Assembly: GCA_045106895.1 (NCBI GenBank)
Contig: JBGCFM010000149.1
Coordinates: 40,899-104,898 of the forward strand
Origin: Polyangiales bacterium
GTDB lineage: Bacteria > Myxococcota_A > Polyangia > Polyangiales > Houyiibacteriaceae
Length of the DNA stretch: 64,000 nt
Direction: 5' to 3'
Both the position numbers and the translations under genes were made by a program. Shown here one piece after another: positions 50,038 to 58,723 of this stretch. Each line of letters starts with the position of its first letter. Position 1 is the first letter of the stretch. A model generated the notes under the pieces. It searched no databases and was not told the DNA's origin. It saw nothing but the letters and a program-made list of their open reading frames with translations.

Positions 50038-51369
50038 TCAGTGTTCGCAAAGCGAGACGCTTCGGACGTTGTGACTCTGCTTATGCAGACGACGTTCTTC
50101 CATCAACGCGAGGCGCTCCACGCACGCGGCCTCGAAGGTCATCGATTCCTGCGGCGGAGGAACGTCATCCATTCCTGTGATCCTATGGTCGGGATGAACG
50201 AGCCAAAAGACCACGACCCGGCGCCTCGCCGTACCCCCACCCGCGACGCTCATCTTCGAAAGCTTGTGCACGTGGCAGTTCGGAAAAACAAAGAGCTGCT
50301 GGTCCGTGGTCTCCATAGAACCAAGCGGGATGTGCGCCTCGTCAACCATCTCCTCGATGACCTTCGGACGGCATTGCGCCACATTCCAGAAGAGCGCGCC
50401 GGCGTCGTCTTGTGTGTAAGGGCGCTTAAAACGAAGGGCGCCGCCTTCGAGGTTCTCATCCCGCGCGAGGGTGTAGACGCCCGTCGCGAGGATGTTCTCG
50501 TGGGACATCCCCTCCACGTGCCAAACACCTTCGAAGCTCTCATCCCCTTCGAGTTTGTATTCGATGATCTTGGTGATGACCTGGAGACGACGACCCTTAA
50601 GATTCTGTGGCGGAGCGACCTTCGCCTCCACGGGTTTCGCGGGTGGCTCTGGAAGCTCGTGCTCTCCTTCCAAAGAGTCGTCGAGGAGCGTCAGCCCCTC
50701 CGCATACCCAGCCACGCTCTCGAAGAGCGGCACGAACTGCTCAAAGAGCTCAGCGAGGGCTGCGTACATGAGCTCGTTCTCGCTGCGCGGGAGATTGTTG
50801 ATCTCACCTTCCACGACGACCGTGCCTTCCTCGCTCACGACAAAGTCCGTGGGCAACCACTGATACTTCGATGCCTCGTAGGGACGCTTCCAGAGGTCGA
50901 GTGTAGGAGTCTCACCGCTCTGTGCCGCGGAGTCGATGTGCGGATAGAGCGACGGATGAACGAGGTCGCGAACGATGGTCCCTGACCCGGGGTGGTAGTC
51001 CACACGGCCATTCATGAGCGCATCGAAGCCCGCTGTCAGCTTTGCGACCAGGGCGCCGTCGACAGCTTCTTGGAGCGCGAGTCCTTCCGGTCGCCCTCGC
51101 TGGAGGAACGTCTCCCACAGGCCGCGGAGGCTTGGGCGGTCCACAAAGTAGAACTCCCCAGCGTCCACATCGAGCGTCTCAACGCGCCCATCGCGGAGAC
51201 GAACCTTCGTCTCCGCGCCGAGGGAAATGACCTTTCCTTCCGGCGTGTGACCGCTCTCGTCTTCGAGCTCCACGACATCCCCGATGCGAAGCTCCTCGTC
51301 GTAGCTCTCTGCGACGAGGGTCGAAATGAACGAACGAGTGGGACCGAGGGCTGGGGCGAACTTGCTCAT
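50038..51369 (-). CDS. DUF4246-like protein (putative 2OG-Fe(II) oxygenase fold)
   Basis: DYHPGS...DLVHPSLYP, YQWLP, INNL, WHVEGM.HE.I.ATG.Y, FPN..VH. Confidence 0.75.
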   Translation of the reverse strand: MSKFAPALGPTRSFISTLVAESYDEELRIGDVVELEDESGHTPEGKVISLGAETKVRLRDGRVETLDVDAGEFYFVDRPSLRGLWETFLQRGRPEGLALQEAVDGALVAKLTAGFDALMNGRVDYHPGSGTIVRDLVHPSLYPHIDSAAQSGETPTLDLWKRPYEASKYQWLPTDFVVSEEGTVVVEGEINNLPRSENELMYAALAELFEQFVPLFESVAGYAEGLTLLDDSLEGEHELPEPPAKPVEAKVAPPQNLKGRRLQVITKIIEYKLEGDESFEGVWHVEGMSHENILATGVYTLARDENLEGGALRFKRPYTQDDAGALFWNVAQCRPKVIEEMVDEAHIPLGSMETTDQQLFVFPNCHVHKLSKMSVAGGGTARRRVVVFWLVHPDHRITGMDDVPPPQESMTFEAACVERLALMEERRLHKQSHNVRSVSLCEH

Positions 51370-51431
51370 GTCGCGACGCTAGCGGACAGCGAGTGTTTGC
51401 GAAACCTCGTCCAAAGCGATTGAATGGCGAC

Positions 51432-52091
51432 GTGCTTCCTCCGCGCACCGAAGAAGAGCTCGTCGAACGAGCCCGCCACCTCACCGGCCGTACCCTCGGC
51501 GAAATCGCTGCGCGTCTGAACGTGCCGCTGCCGGAATCCCAAGCGCGGGCCAAGGGACTCGTGGGCCAGCTCATGGAGAAAGCCCTCGGCGCGAGCGCGG
51601 GGAGCCGAAGCGAACCTGACTTTCTGGAGATTGGCGTCGAGTTGAAGACTCTTCCCGTCGGCGCGGATGGGAAACCCAAGGAGAGCACCTTCGTCGCCTC
51701 GCTCCCCTTGATGACGCTGACGGAGGTCGACTACGAGGACAGCTTCGTCGCCAAGAAGCTGGTCCGTGTGCTGTGGGTACCGATCCAAGCAGATCCGGCG
51801 ATTCCACTCAGGGACCGCCGGGTCGGTCGCGCGCTCTTGTGGTCACCCACCGAGGAGGAGCGAGCTGTCCTACGGGCGGACTACGAGCGCATCGCTCATC
51901 TCGTCCTCGACGGCGCCCACGCCGACGTGAATGGTCGTCTCGGGACGTACCTACAGGTCAGACCCAAAGCCGCAGACAGCCAGGTGCGCGGAAAAACCAT
52001 GGATGACCTTGGCCAGATCGCTTGGACGGGGCCACGCGGATTCTATCTGCGGCCGCAGTTCACCCTGCGCGTCCTTCGATCGATGACGTGA
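51432..52091 (+). CDS. mutH: MutH-like endonuclease
   Basis: KGLVGQLME..LGA.AGS..EPDF...GVELKTLP, ESTFV, LQVRPKAA, RGFYL. Confidence 0.88.
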   Translation: MLPPRTEEELVERARHLTGRTLGEIAARLNVPLPESQARAKGLVGQLMEKALGASAGSRSEPDFLEIGVELKTLPVGADGKPKESTFVASLPLMTLTEVDYEDSFVAKKLVRVLWVPIQADPAIPLRDRRVGRALLWSPTEEERAVLRADYERIAHLVLDGAHADVNGRLGTYLQVRPKAADSQVRGKTMDDLGQIAWTGPRGFYLRPQFTLRVLRSMT

Positions 52092-52121
52092 TACGGTGCC
52101 GCCGGGGCACGAAAGGACCAC

Positions 52122-52868
52122 ATGATGAACAAACGAATATGGCTCGCCTGCGCTTGTATGCTGGCAGTGAGCACAACGACCCAGGCGCAAATGATGGGAA
52201 TGGGCGTGGGCGAAGCTCGCATGGAAGCCCGAGCTGCTCGCATGGAAGCACGTGAAGCTGGCATGAACGCCGCGGGGCTCCGAATGGACGCTCGCGAGGC
52301 TGCCATGGAAGCACGCGAAGCCCGCATGGACGCGCGAATGATGGAGCGTGGTGAAGAACGCGGCGCAGCCCGCATGGAAGCACGTGCCCTGGGCATGGAA
52401 GCACGCGAAGCACGCCGGGAAGCCAACATGGCCAACCGCACAGCGCGCCGAGCAAACGCACGCGCACGGAACGAGACCGAGGAGGCCCGCGAAGCGCGAC
52501 GCGAAGCTCGTCAGACCCGTCGTCAGGCACGTCGCGAAGCACGCCGGGAGCGTCGCGAAGAGAGTGCCGAAGAGCGAGCCGAACGCCGTCGTGCACGCCG
52601 CGCCGAGCGCTGGGCGAAAGTGAAGGAGAACATCGGTCTCGGTAGCATCGAGGAACTCGAAGCTCCAATCCGAGCGGAGCTGACCAACCATGCGCGCCGG
52701 ATGGCTCGCCTGGAGCGAGTGAGTGACTTGGCTACGGAAGCTTCGAACGAAGAAGCTGTGGCTCGAATTCAGGTAGCGATCACCCGTGAAGATGATCGGC
52801 ACGAGCGACAGCTTCTTCAGCTGACAGCCGTTCATAACGCAGACGTGGCCGTGGAGGTGACACCATGA
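52122..52868 (+). CDS. Secreted Arg/Glu/Ala/Met-rich repetitive helical protein
   Basis: AAAGGA SD; signal ending AQA; repeated (A)RMEAR(E). Confidence 0.75.
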   Translation: MMNKRIWLACACMLAVSTTTQAQMMGMGVGEARMEARAARMEAREAGMNAAGLRMDAREAAMEAREARMDARMMERGEERGAARMEARALGMEAREARREANMANRTARRANARARNETEEAREARREARQTRRQARREARRERREESAEERAERRRARRAERWAKVKENIGLGSIEELEAPIRAELTNHARRMARLERVSDLATEASNEEAVARIQVAITREDDRHERQLLQLTAVHNADVAVEVTP

Positions 52869-53170
52869 AGAATGTACTTCGAATCGCATTGATGAGCCTC
52901 ATGGGCCTGGGGTTGACCGCTTGCGGCGGTGAAGAGCCAGCGGAAGAACCTGTGACGGAGGAACCAACAGAAGCCGAAGCGGAAGCCGAGACGGCGGAAG
53001 CCGAAGCCGAGTCGACGGAAGCACCTGAGGAAGTTGCGGAAGCTGCGCCGAGCGAGGCAGAGCTGCCGATCGCCGAAGACTTCGAAGAAGAGATGGCGGA
53101 AGCCATCACCGCTGAGAACTACGACGATGTCTTGGCGCAGATCGAAGCAGAGCTCGCTCCCGCGGAGTAG
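52865..53170 (+). CDS. Small, highly acidic lipoprotein
   Basis: GGAGG SD; ATGA overlap; LTAC lipobox; Glu/Ala-rich. Confidence 0.8.
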   Translation: MKNVLRIALMSLMGLGLTACGGEEPAEEPVTEEPTEAEAEAETAEAEAESTEAPEEVAEAAPSEAELPIAEDFEEEMAEAITAENYDDVLAQIEAELAPAE

Positions 53171-53183
53171 CTCACCGAAACAA

Positions 53184-53217
53184 GAAACCCCGTTGCAGAT
53201 CTGCAGCGGGGTTTTTC
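53184..53217. terminator. Probable bidirectional intrinsic terminator
   Basis: AAACCCCGTTGCAG-AT-CTGCAGCGGGGTTTTT between convergent genes. Confidence 0.8.
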
Positions 53218-53248
53218 TAATTCGAAAGCGTTTTGCGCAGTCCGGGGC

Positions 53249-53683
53249 TCAAGCGACGTCAGCGACGCGACTCGATGTCGCAGTAACCGTCACGCCTGTA
53301 CCGGAGATTTGACTGGTCACGGTGGTGGCCAGCGCCATCATGCTAAAGCGGTCTGGACCAGCGGCGTCGAGGACAACGGTGCCTTCTCCGTTGCCAGCCA
53401 TGGGCGTCACAAGCGCGCGAATAGCGAGGGAGCGGGCCGAGAGCAGGTCCGCACCGGTGCCACCCCCGCCGACCAAAACGCCGCGGCAAATGTTCCCACC
53501 ACCCGCGACAAAGGACGCGACGACGGTGCGCACACGCTGAGCGAAGTCCATGGCGGATTCGTCACTGGCCTGGGCCAGGCTCAGGACCGACGGCGTGCCG
53601 ACGGCGAAGCGAGTGGCCCACGCACTGCCATCCGCGCCGTACTCGGCAACGATGATGGAAGTGGGTTCGCGATGCATTTGCAT
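53249..53683 (-). CDS. Hypothetical protein
   Basis: Coding-like ORF downstream of a sigma-54 promoter. Confidence 0.65.
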   Translation of the reverse strand: MQMHREPTSIIVAEYGADGSAWATRFAVGTPSVLSLAQASDESAMDFAQRVRTVVASFVAGGGNICRGVLVGGGGTGADLLSARSLAIRALVTPMAGNGEGTVVLDAAGPDRFSMMALATTVTSQISGTGVTVTATSSRVADVA

Positions 53684-53738
53684 GATGAAGAGACGCTTGT
53701 CGGAGTCAAAGGTTCTGGGGTTTCTGCGATAATTACTA

Positions 53739-53754
53739 AGCAAGGGTTATGCCA
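53739..53754 (-). promoter_or_regulatory. Sigma-54 promoter
   Basis: TGGCATA-ACCC-TTGCT. Confidence 0.75.
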
Positions 53755-53936
53755 ACATGTATTCGGGCGTTTTATGCCCAACTTTAGTCAAAGCGTGAAG
53801 ATTCCGACGTCAAAAGCGTGACGTCTCGTTCCCAGGGTGGCCGCTCGACTGGCCACCCTGGCCTCTCGGAGAGACGGGTTCGTGACATCAGCGGAGCCGA
53901 CGATGAAAAAAGTAACGCTATCGTGAACATCTTAGC

Positions 53937-53965
53937 TTGACGCCTTGCCGCAAAATCGCTACATC
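53937..53965 (+). promoter_or_regulatory. Sigma-70 promoter of the tRNA operon
   Basis: TTGACG-N17-TACATC followed by a GC-rich discriminator. Confidence 0.65.
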
Positions 53966-53993
53966 GGGCCCGGCCGAGCAGCAGCCGGTATGT

Positions 53994-54066
53994 GGGCCGT
54001 TAGCTCAGTTGGCAGAGCAGTGGGCTTTTAACCCGACGGTCACAGGTTCGAGCCCTGTACGGCCTA
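53994..54066 (+). tRNA. tRNA-Lys (UUU)
   Basis: Acceptor GGGCCGT/ACGGCCT; D arm GCTC/GAGC; loop CTTTTAA; T arm ACAGG-TTCGAGC-CCTGT. Confidence 0.95.
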
Positions 54067-54159
54067 CCCAGATTCTTCGCTTTTATAACGACTTAAACTT
54101 AAGATATTGTGTTGATGATTCTTCGCATGGTTCGCCATGCACGGACTCCGGTCCAACTT

Positions 54160-54232
54160 GTCCCTATCGTCTAGTGGCCCAGGACTCCGGCTTTTCACGC
54201 CGGCAACCCGAGTTCAAACCTCGGTGGGGACG
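54160..54232 (+). tRNA. tRNA-Glu (UUC)
   Basis: Acceptor GTCCCTA/TGGGGAC; CCGGC-TTTTCAC-GCCGG; T arm CCGAG-TTCAAAC-CTCGG. Confidence 0.95.
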
Positions 54233-54278
54233 CCCAGTTCACACGTCGACTCCTGGCTTTTCCAGTCGGCAAGAAAAG

Positions 54279-54314
54279 AGCCTCTGACCCATTTCGGGTC
54301 AGGGGCTTTTTTTT
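54279..54314 (+). terminator. Intrinsic terminator of the tRNA operon
   Basis: AGCCTCTGACCC-ATTTC-GGGTCAGGGGCT followed by a T tract. Confidence 0.9.
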
Positions 54315-54427
54315 GTCGCTTCCGAGCGCTGTGTTGCCCGATGTCGGTCCCCGACGTCTTCGCCGAAGGCTCTCAAGGGGAGCTTCTTGTTTCTCTGGAC
54401 GACGAAGCGGGCCGAAAGCGGCATCTA

Positions 54428-54602
54428 ACCCCAGTGTTCTCGACTGGGTGTGCTCAAATGGGCGTGTGCTCAAATGGGCGAGCGATTTCGTTCATGGCAA
54501 GGCGCGGCGATGAAGGAAGGTCCCCGACCTTTCGAAGAGTCGCAACGCGGCCATGAGCGGAAGGAGCCGCCCAGTTGGGTACACCCAATCGAACACTGGG
54601 GT
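54428..54602. mobile_element. MITE-like non-autonomous element, 175 bp
   Basis: About 35-bp imperfect TIRs (ACCCCAGTGTT.../...AACACTGGGGT) flanked by TA on both sides, within c[TA]...[TA]g. Confidence 0.65.
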
Positions 54603-55834
54603 TAGAGTCCGTTGTTCCTCAGAAGCGCGTCGAACTCCGCGTCACTGAGCACAAGGCCTTCGGCGATCGCTGCGTCATAAACGTCATGGGCCTCGGCCAC
54701 TGTGATGATCTCAAGTCCCGCCAAGATGGCGGCGGCCTCCGCGTAGTGGTGGAAGAGGTGCAGTCCGACGAGGCGGTGATCGCTGACGGTCTGATTGACC
54801 ATGTGAATGAGGCCCGCTTGGATACGATCGGGGTAGAGGACGCGCATCTCTCGGTACACCTCGGGATCGCGATGGCTGGTGTCACCGAAGAGCACGTAGG
54901 AGCGGCCTGGGTTTGCGTCGAGAATTCGGGACGCGTCCCGAACTTTTTCTGCCTGGGCGAGCCAAGGCACTCCGGAGATTCCTGTGTCGATGGGACCTGT
55001 GGGCAAGCCGTGCGACTCTAGGTAGTCCGGCATGTCGATGACGCGCTCCGGGGTGCGAGCCGTCACGTAGTTCAAGCGGTCCGTACCGGCGAGTCCGCCG
55101 GACAAGATCTCATAGAGCGTCACGACACCTGGGTATGGCGCCTCGCCGAGGTCTGGGTTGCTCGGCGGAACCACGGTCTTGTCGAGGTCCGAGATAATCG
55201 CCAGGCCCGTGGGCGTTGGTGGGTTGGTCGGCACGCAGCTACCGTTCGCGGTCCCGAAAGCCTCCAGCTTTCCCAGCGCCGAGAGGCCCACGTAGGAGAC
55301 GGCGTCGACCTCCGCGAGGCTCTGAAACGGACGTCCGCCGACGAGGTTACGCGCCGCGCGCGCGTCGAGGCCAGCGGAGTCGTCTAGGTCACTGAGACTC
55401 GCTTCGTTGGCGGCCCAAAGGACCGCATCATCGTCCAAGCACTGGTCCGAGACCGGTGGCGAAGGTGGGGTCACCGGCGGCACCAAGCTGTCGTCACAGA
55501 CGTAACCCTCGGCCTGCCCGTAGGCGACGAGCTTCTCCAGGGCGACCACGCCGACGTAAGGCACGGCATCGAGCTGAGCCATGTCGCGGAAAGGCCTGAG
55601 GGCCTCGATGCCTTCCGCCGCTGTACTGTGAAGCCCCGCAGCGAAATCGAGCTCTTCCAGCGTCGCTTCGTTGGCCACGTCGACGGCGATCTCCGCCTCG
55701 CAGGAGCCCGCTTCGGGCACCCGACCATCCGCCTTTGGACCGCCACACGTCGCGCACTCATCGATGGGTTCGGTGCCAGCGTCTTCACCGGCACAAGCGC
55801 TAAGCACGATAAGAAGCGTGACAAGTCGTTTCAT
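54602..55834 (-). CDS. Lipoprotein with two ComEA-like helix-hairpin-helix repeats and a C-terminal App1-like HAD phosphatase
   Basis: LSAC lipobox; twice NEA.L..LD..AGL...AA......RPF......DAV.YVG..AL.KL; IISDLDKT, YVTAR, LFGDTSHRDPEVY. Confidence 0.78.
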   Translation of the reverse strand: MKRLVTLLIVLSACAGEDAGTEPIDECATCGGPKADGRVPEAGSCEAEIAVDVANEATLEELDFAAGLHSTAAEGIEALRPFRDMAQLDAVPYVGVVALEKLVAYGQAEGYVCDDSLVPPVTPPSPPVSDQCLDDDAVLWAANEASLSDLDDSAGLDARAARNLVGGRPFQSLAEVDAVSYVGLSALGKLEAFGTANGSCVPTNPPTPTGLAIISDLDKTVVPPSNPDLGEAPYPGVVTLYEILSGGLAGTDRLNYVTARTPERVIDMPDYLESHGLPTGPIDTGISGVPWLAQAEKVRDASRILDANPGRSYVLFGDTSHRDPEVYREMRVLYPDRIQAGLIHMVNQTVSDHRLVGLHLFHHYAEAAAILAGLEIITVAEAHDVYDAAIAEGLVLSDAEFDALLRNNGL

Positions 55835-55846
55835 GGCCAGGACTAG

Positions 55847-55862
55847 AGCAAGGCTCGTTCCA
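55847..55862 (-). promoter_or_regulatory. Sigma-54 promoter
   Basis: TGGAACG-AGCC-TTGCT. Confidence 0.6.
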
Positions 55863-55952
55863 ACACGATCCAGGGAGAAGCGTGAGAAAAGACCGGCGGA
55901 ACGGCAACTCGGCTAGCCCCCGCTGGCGACACACGGCCCCAGAGAGAAGAGC

Positions 55953-56852
55953 CTATTCTTGGCCCGTCGCGCTCAGACGTTCTGCGAGAATGTCGAAGAC
56001 GACGCGGACGCGACGGCTCGTTCGCACCTCGCGGTGACTGGTGAGCCAGGTGGCCATCGGAAAGTTGATGAGGTCCGGCATCACACGTTCGACGCGTTCA
56101 TCTGCATCGCCGACCTGCTTCACCATCACGCCAATGCCAGACCCTTGGGTGATGAGGGCCCACTGCACTTGTTGATTTGCGCATAGCCACGGAAAGTTCC
56201 CCGCCGTGAGGCTGAGACCCATGGCGTTGAGACCCTTCATGAACACGCGGCTCTCGTCGAAGTCGACGAACTCCGCGCCGGAGAGTCCTTCGAGGTCGGA
56301 TGGGTTGCCGATGGATTCGAGATAGGCGGGCGTGGCGTAGAGATACGCGATGTCGTCGTTCACTTTGCGCGCGACGAGGTTCTCGTCCGTGGGCCGAAAG
56401 CTTCGAATGGCGATGTCTGCCTCGCGCCGGCCGAGGTCGCTCACTTGGTTCGTCGCGACGATCTCGATGGTGATGCCTGGATGAAGCGCGCGGACTTCGG
56501 CCACGATGGGTGGCAACACATACGCCGCGTCGACTTCGGCGGCGCTGATGCGGATAGGGCCATCGAGGGAGAGAGACTGGCCCATCGCCACCCGAGAGAA
56601 ACGCTCCGCGGCGTCTTTCATCGCGCGCAGCGGCTCCACCAACTCGAGCCCCGTGGCCGTCAGGCTCAAGCCGCGACCGTGGCGCTCGAAGAGCACGACA
56701 TCCAGTTCGTCTTCAAGGGCCGCCACTTGGCGGCCCACGGTGGGTTGGGTGGTGCCGAGGAGACGGGCCGCTCCCGAGAACGAGCCTGCATCGGCCGTCG
56801 CCAAGAACGCTCGTGCCCGATTCCAATCGAAGTCGTCTTTGAGGCCATCCAT
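55953..56852 (-). CDS. LysR family transcriptional regulator
   Basis: GSFSGAARLLGTTQPTVGRQVAALE..L...LFER; EADIAIR. Confidence 0.95.
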   Translation of the reverse strand: MDGLKDDFDWNRARAFLATADAGSFSGAARLLGTTQPTVGRQVAALEDELDVVLFERHGRGLSLTATGLELVEPLRAMKDAAERFSRVAMGQSLSLDGPIRISAAEVDAAYVLPPIVAEVRALHPGITIEIVATNQVSDLGRREADIAIRSFRPTDENLVARKVNDDIAYLYATPAYLESIGNPSDLEGLSGAEFVDFDESRVFMKGLNAMGLSLTAGNFPWLCANQQVQWALITQGSGIGVMVKQVGDADERVERVMPDLINFPMATWLTSHREVRTSRRVRVVFDILAERLSATGQE

Positions 56853-56948
56853 ACATTATCGCATACCACATGTGCAATACATCGCCATTGTCGATGCTAA
56901 AACGCATGGACATGCTGGTCTTCGTTAACAACGAACGGAGACTTCCTC

Positions 56949-57962
56949 ATGCGTGCAGCCATCAACGACCAATACGGTGATCCCAGCGTCCTTCGCGTCA
57001 GCGACGTGCCCACCCCAGAAATAGGAGCGAAGGAGGTCTTGGTTCAGGTCTTCGCCTCCGACGTCACCCAAGGCGACCGCCGGCTTCGCGCCGCAGACTT
57101 CCCAGGACTCTCGGCCGTGTTCGGTCGGCTCATGTTTGGTGTGTGGGCGCCGCGCAATCGCGTAGGCGGTACGAGCTTCGCGGGGCGCGTCGTCGCCGTC
57201 GGCGCGAAGGTGACGCGTCTCGAAGTCGGAGACGACGTGTTTGGCAGCGTGATGCGTGGTGCCTACGCGGAATACCTAGCGGTGTCAGCCGACGAGCCCA
57301 TTGCCAAGATGCCCGCGAACACCAGCTACATCGAAGCCGCCGCCCTCCCCTATGGCGGCGTGACCTCCCTTGTGTTTCTCCGGGACCTGGCGAAGGTCCA
57401 ACCCGGCGAGCGTGTCCTCGTCGTGGGCGCCTCCGGCGGCATCGGCAGAATCGCGGTGCAAATGGCCAAGCACCTCGGCGCTCATGTGACGGCGGTGGCG
57501 AGTCGCAACGAAGACCTTGTGCGCTCCCTTGGCGCCGATGCGTACATCAACTACCGAGAGGACGACTTCACCAAGAGCGGCGAACACTGGGACGTCATCT
57601 TCGACACCACGGAAGGCAACCACTTCCGCTCCTTCCGCGCGGCCCTTAGCTCTGCGGGTCGCTACCTCAGTCTCTACATGACCGTTCGGGTTCTCTTCGA
57701 AATGGCCACGACCGCCCTCCGTGGCGGGCCCCGGGCCATCACCGGCGTCGCTCTCGGCGACGCCGACACCCTCGATGAGGTCTGCAGGCTCGTCGAGGAA
57801 GGACGAATTCGCGCGGTGGTCAGCGAGCGCTATCCCCTGGAAGACATCACCGCAGCCCACACTTCGCTTGAGGGCGCTCCAAGCGGCAGCGTGGTCATCG
57901 AGATCACGACGGTTCAGCCGGTTCTTTTCAACAGCACTTCGCAGCTGCGGCAAATCGCCTAA
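56949..57962 (+). CDS. NAD(P)-dependent MDR-family oxidoreductase (quinone oxidoreductase-like)
   Basis: GDDVFG, GAYAEY, GASGGIG, AVQMAK; divergent from LysR. Confidence 0.9.
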   Translation: MRAAINDQYGDPSVLRVSDVPTPEIGAKEVLVQVFASDVTQGDRRLRAADFPGLSAVFGRLMFGVWAPRNRVGGTSFAGRVVAVGAKVTRLEVGDDVFGSVMRGAYAEYLAVSADEPIAKMPANTSYIEAAALPYGGVTSLVFLRDLAKVQPGERVLVVGASGGIGRIAVQMAKHLGAHVTAVASRNEDLVRSLGADAYINYREDDFTKSGEHWDVIFDTTEGNHFRSFRAALSSAGRYLSLYMTVRVLFEMATTALRGGPRAITGVALGDADTLDEVCRLVEEGRIRAVVSERYPLEDITAAHTSLEGAPSGSVVIEITTVQPVLFNSTSQLRQIA

Positions 57963-57989
57963 TGTGGAGCCAGCGGCCGCTCGTCCGAG

Positions 57990-58649
57990 TCAGCACCAGG
58001 TGTGACCTTCTTCCGGCTCTCGCAAGAGTTCTGTGACGTTCGCTTCGACGACGCGATAGCCCACGTTGCCGTTGAGGCGCTGGCGCCCCTCGTTGAAGAC
58101 GAAGGTCGGGCTAACGGTCACGCCGTAGTGCTTTGCGAGATTCGAGCCGCGGGAAAGCTCCGCGTGGGCCTTCCCGTTGTAGAGCAGCTCTTCGATCTTG
58201 GGCACGGAGAGTCCGATGCTCTCGGCGACTTCCAGCTGCGCTTTCCGTGAGGAGATGTCGATGGCGTCGCGAAAGAACGCCAAGCGCAAAGCCCAAGCGG
58301 CCTTCCGAAACATCTCCGCATCATGGAGCTTCACGGCGGCGAGAAAGATATGGGCGCCGAGGGAGGAGTTTGGCGCCACCTTCTCCCAGGTGTCGGCGTG
58401 AATGCTCACGTGCTCAAAGCGCGCGACGACACTTCGGACGTGGGCAGCATACCCGGCCAAGCCGCCGCGCTCCTTCCAGCCGGCGTGGAGCTTGCCTCGC
58501 GCGTCGCCGAAGACGTTCATGAAGTGGCTGTCCGTGACGACTTGGGTGCCGAAGTGGCTCTCGAGCTCGTTCAGGCGGGCCTGACCTACGTACGCCCAGG
58601 CGCAGAGCACGTCGGAAAAGTACTGAATGTTCACGGGTTTTGATGTCAT
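57990..58649 (-). CDS. DsbA/FrnE-like thioredoxin-fold protein
   Basis: YFSDVLCAWAY, GVTVSPTF, GNVGYR. Confidence 0.85.
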   Translation of the reverse strand: MTSKPVNIQYFSDVLCAWAYVGQARLNELESHFGTQVVTDSHFMNVFGDARGKLHAGWKERGGLAGYAAHVRSVVARFEHVSIHADTWEKVAPNSSLGAHIFLAAVKLHDAEMFRKAAWALRLAFFRDAIDISSRKAQLEVAESIGLSVPKIEELLYNGKAHAELSRGSNLAKHYGVTVSPTFVFNEGRQRLNGNVGYRVVEANVTELLREPEEGHTWC

Positions 58650-58723
58650 CGAGGCAAAGTCTAGCGGGAGTTCGAAGGGAGGCCAGCCTTGCCCGCGGTG
58701 AGGTGTGAAGGTAGTCACTCCCC

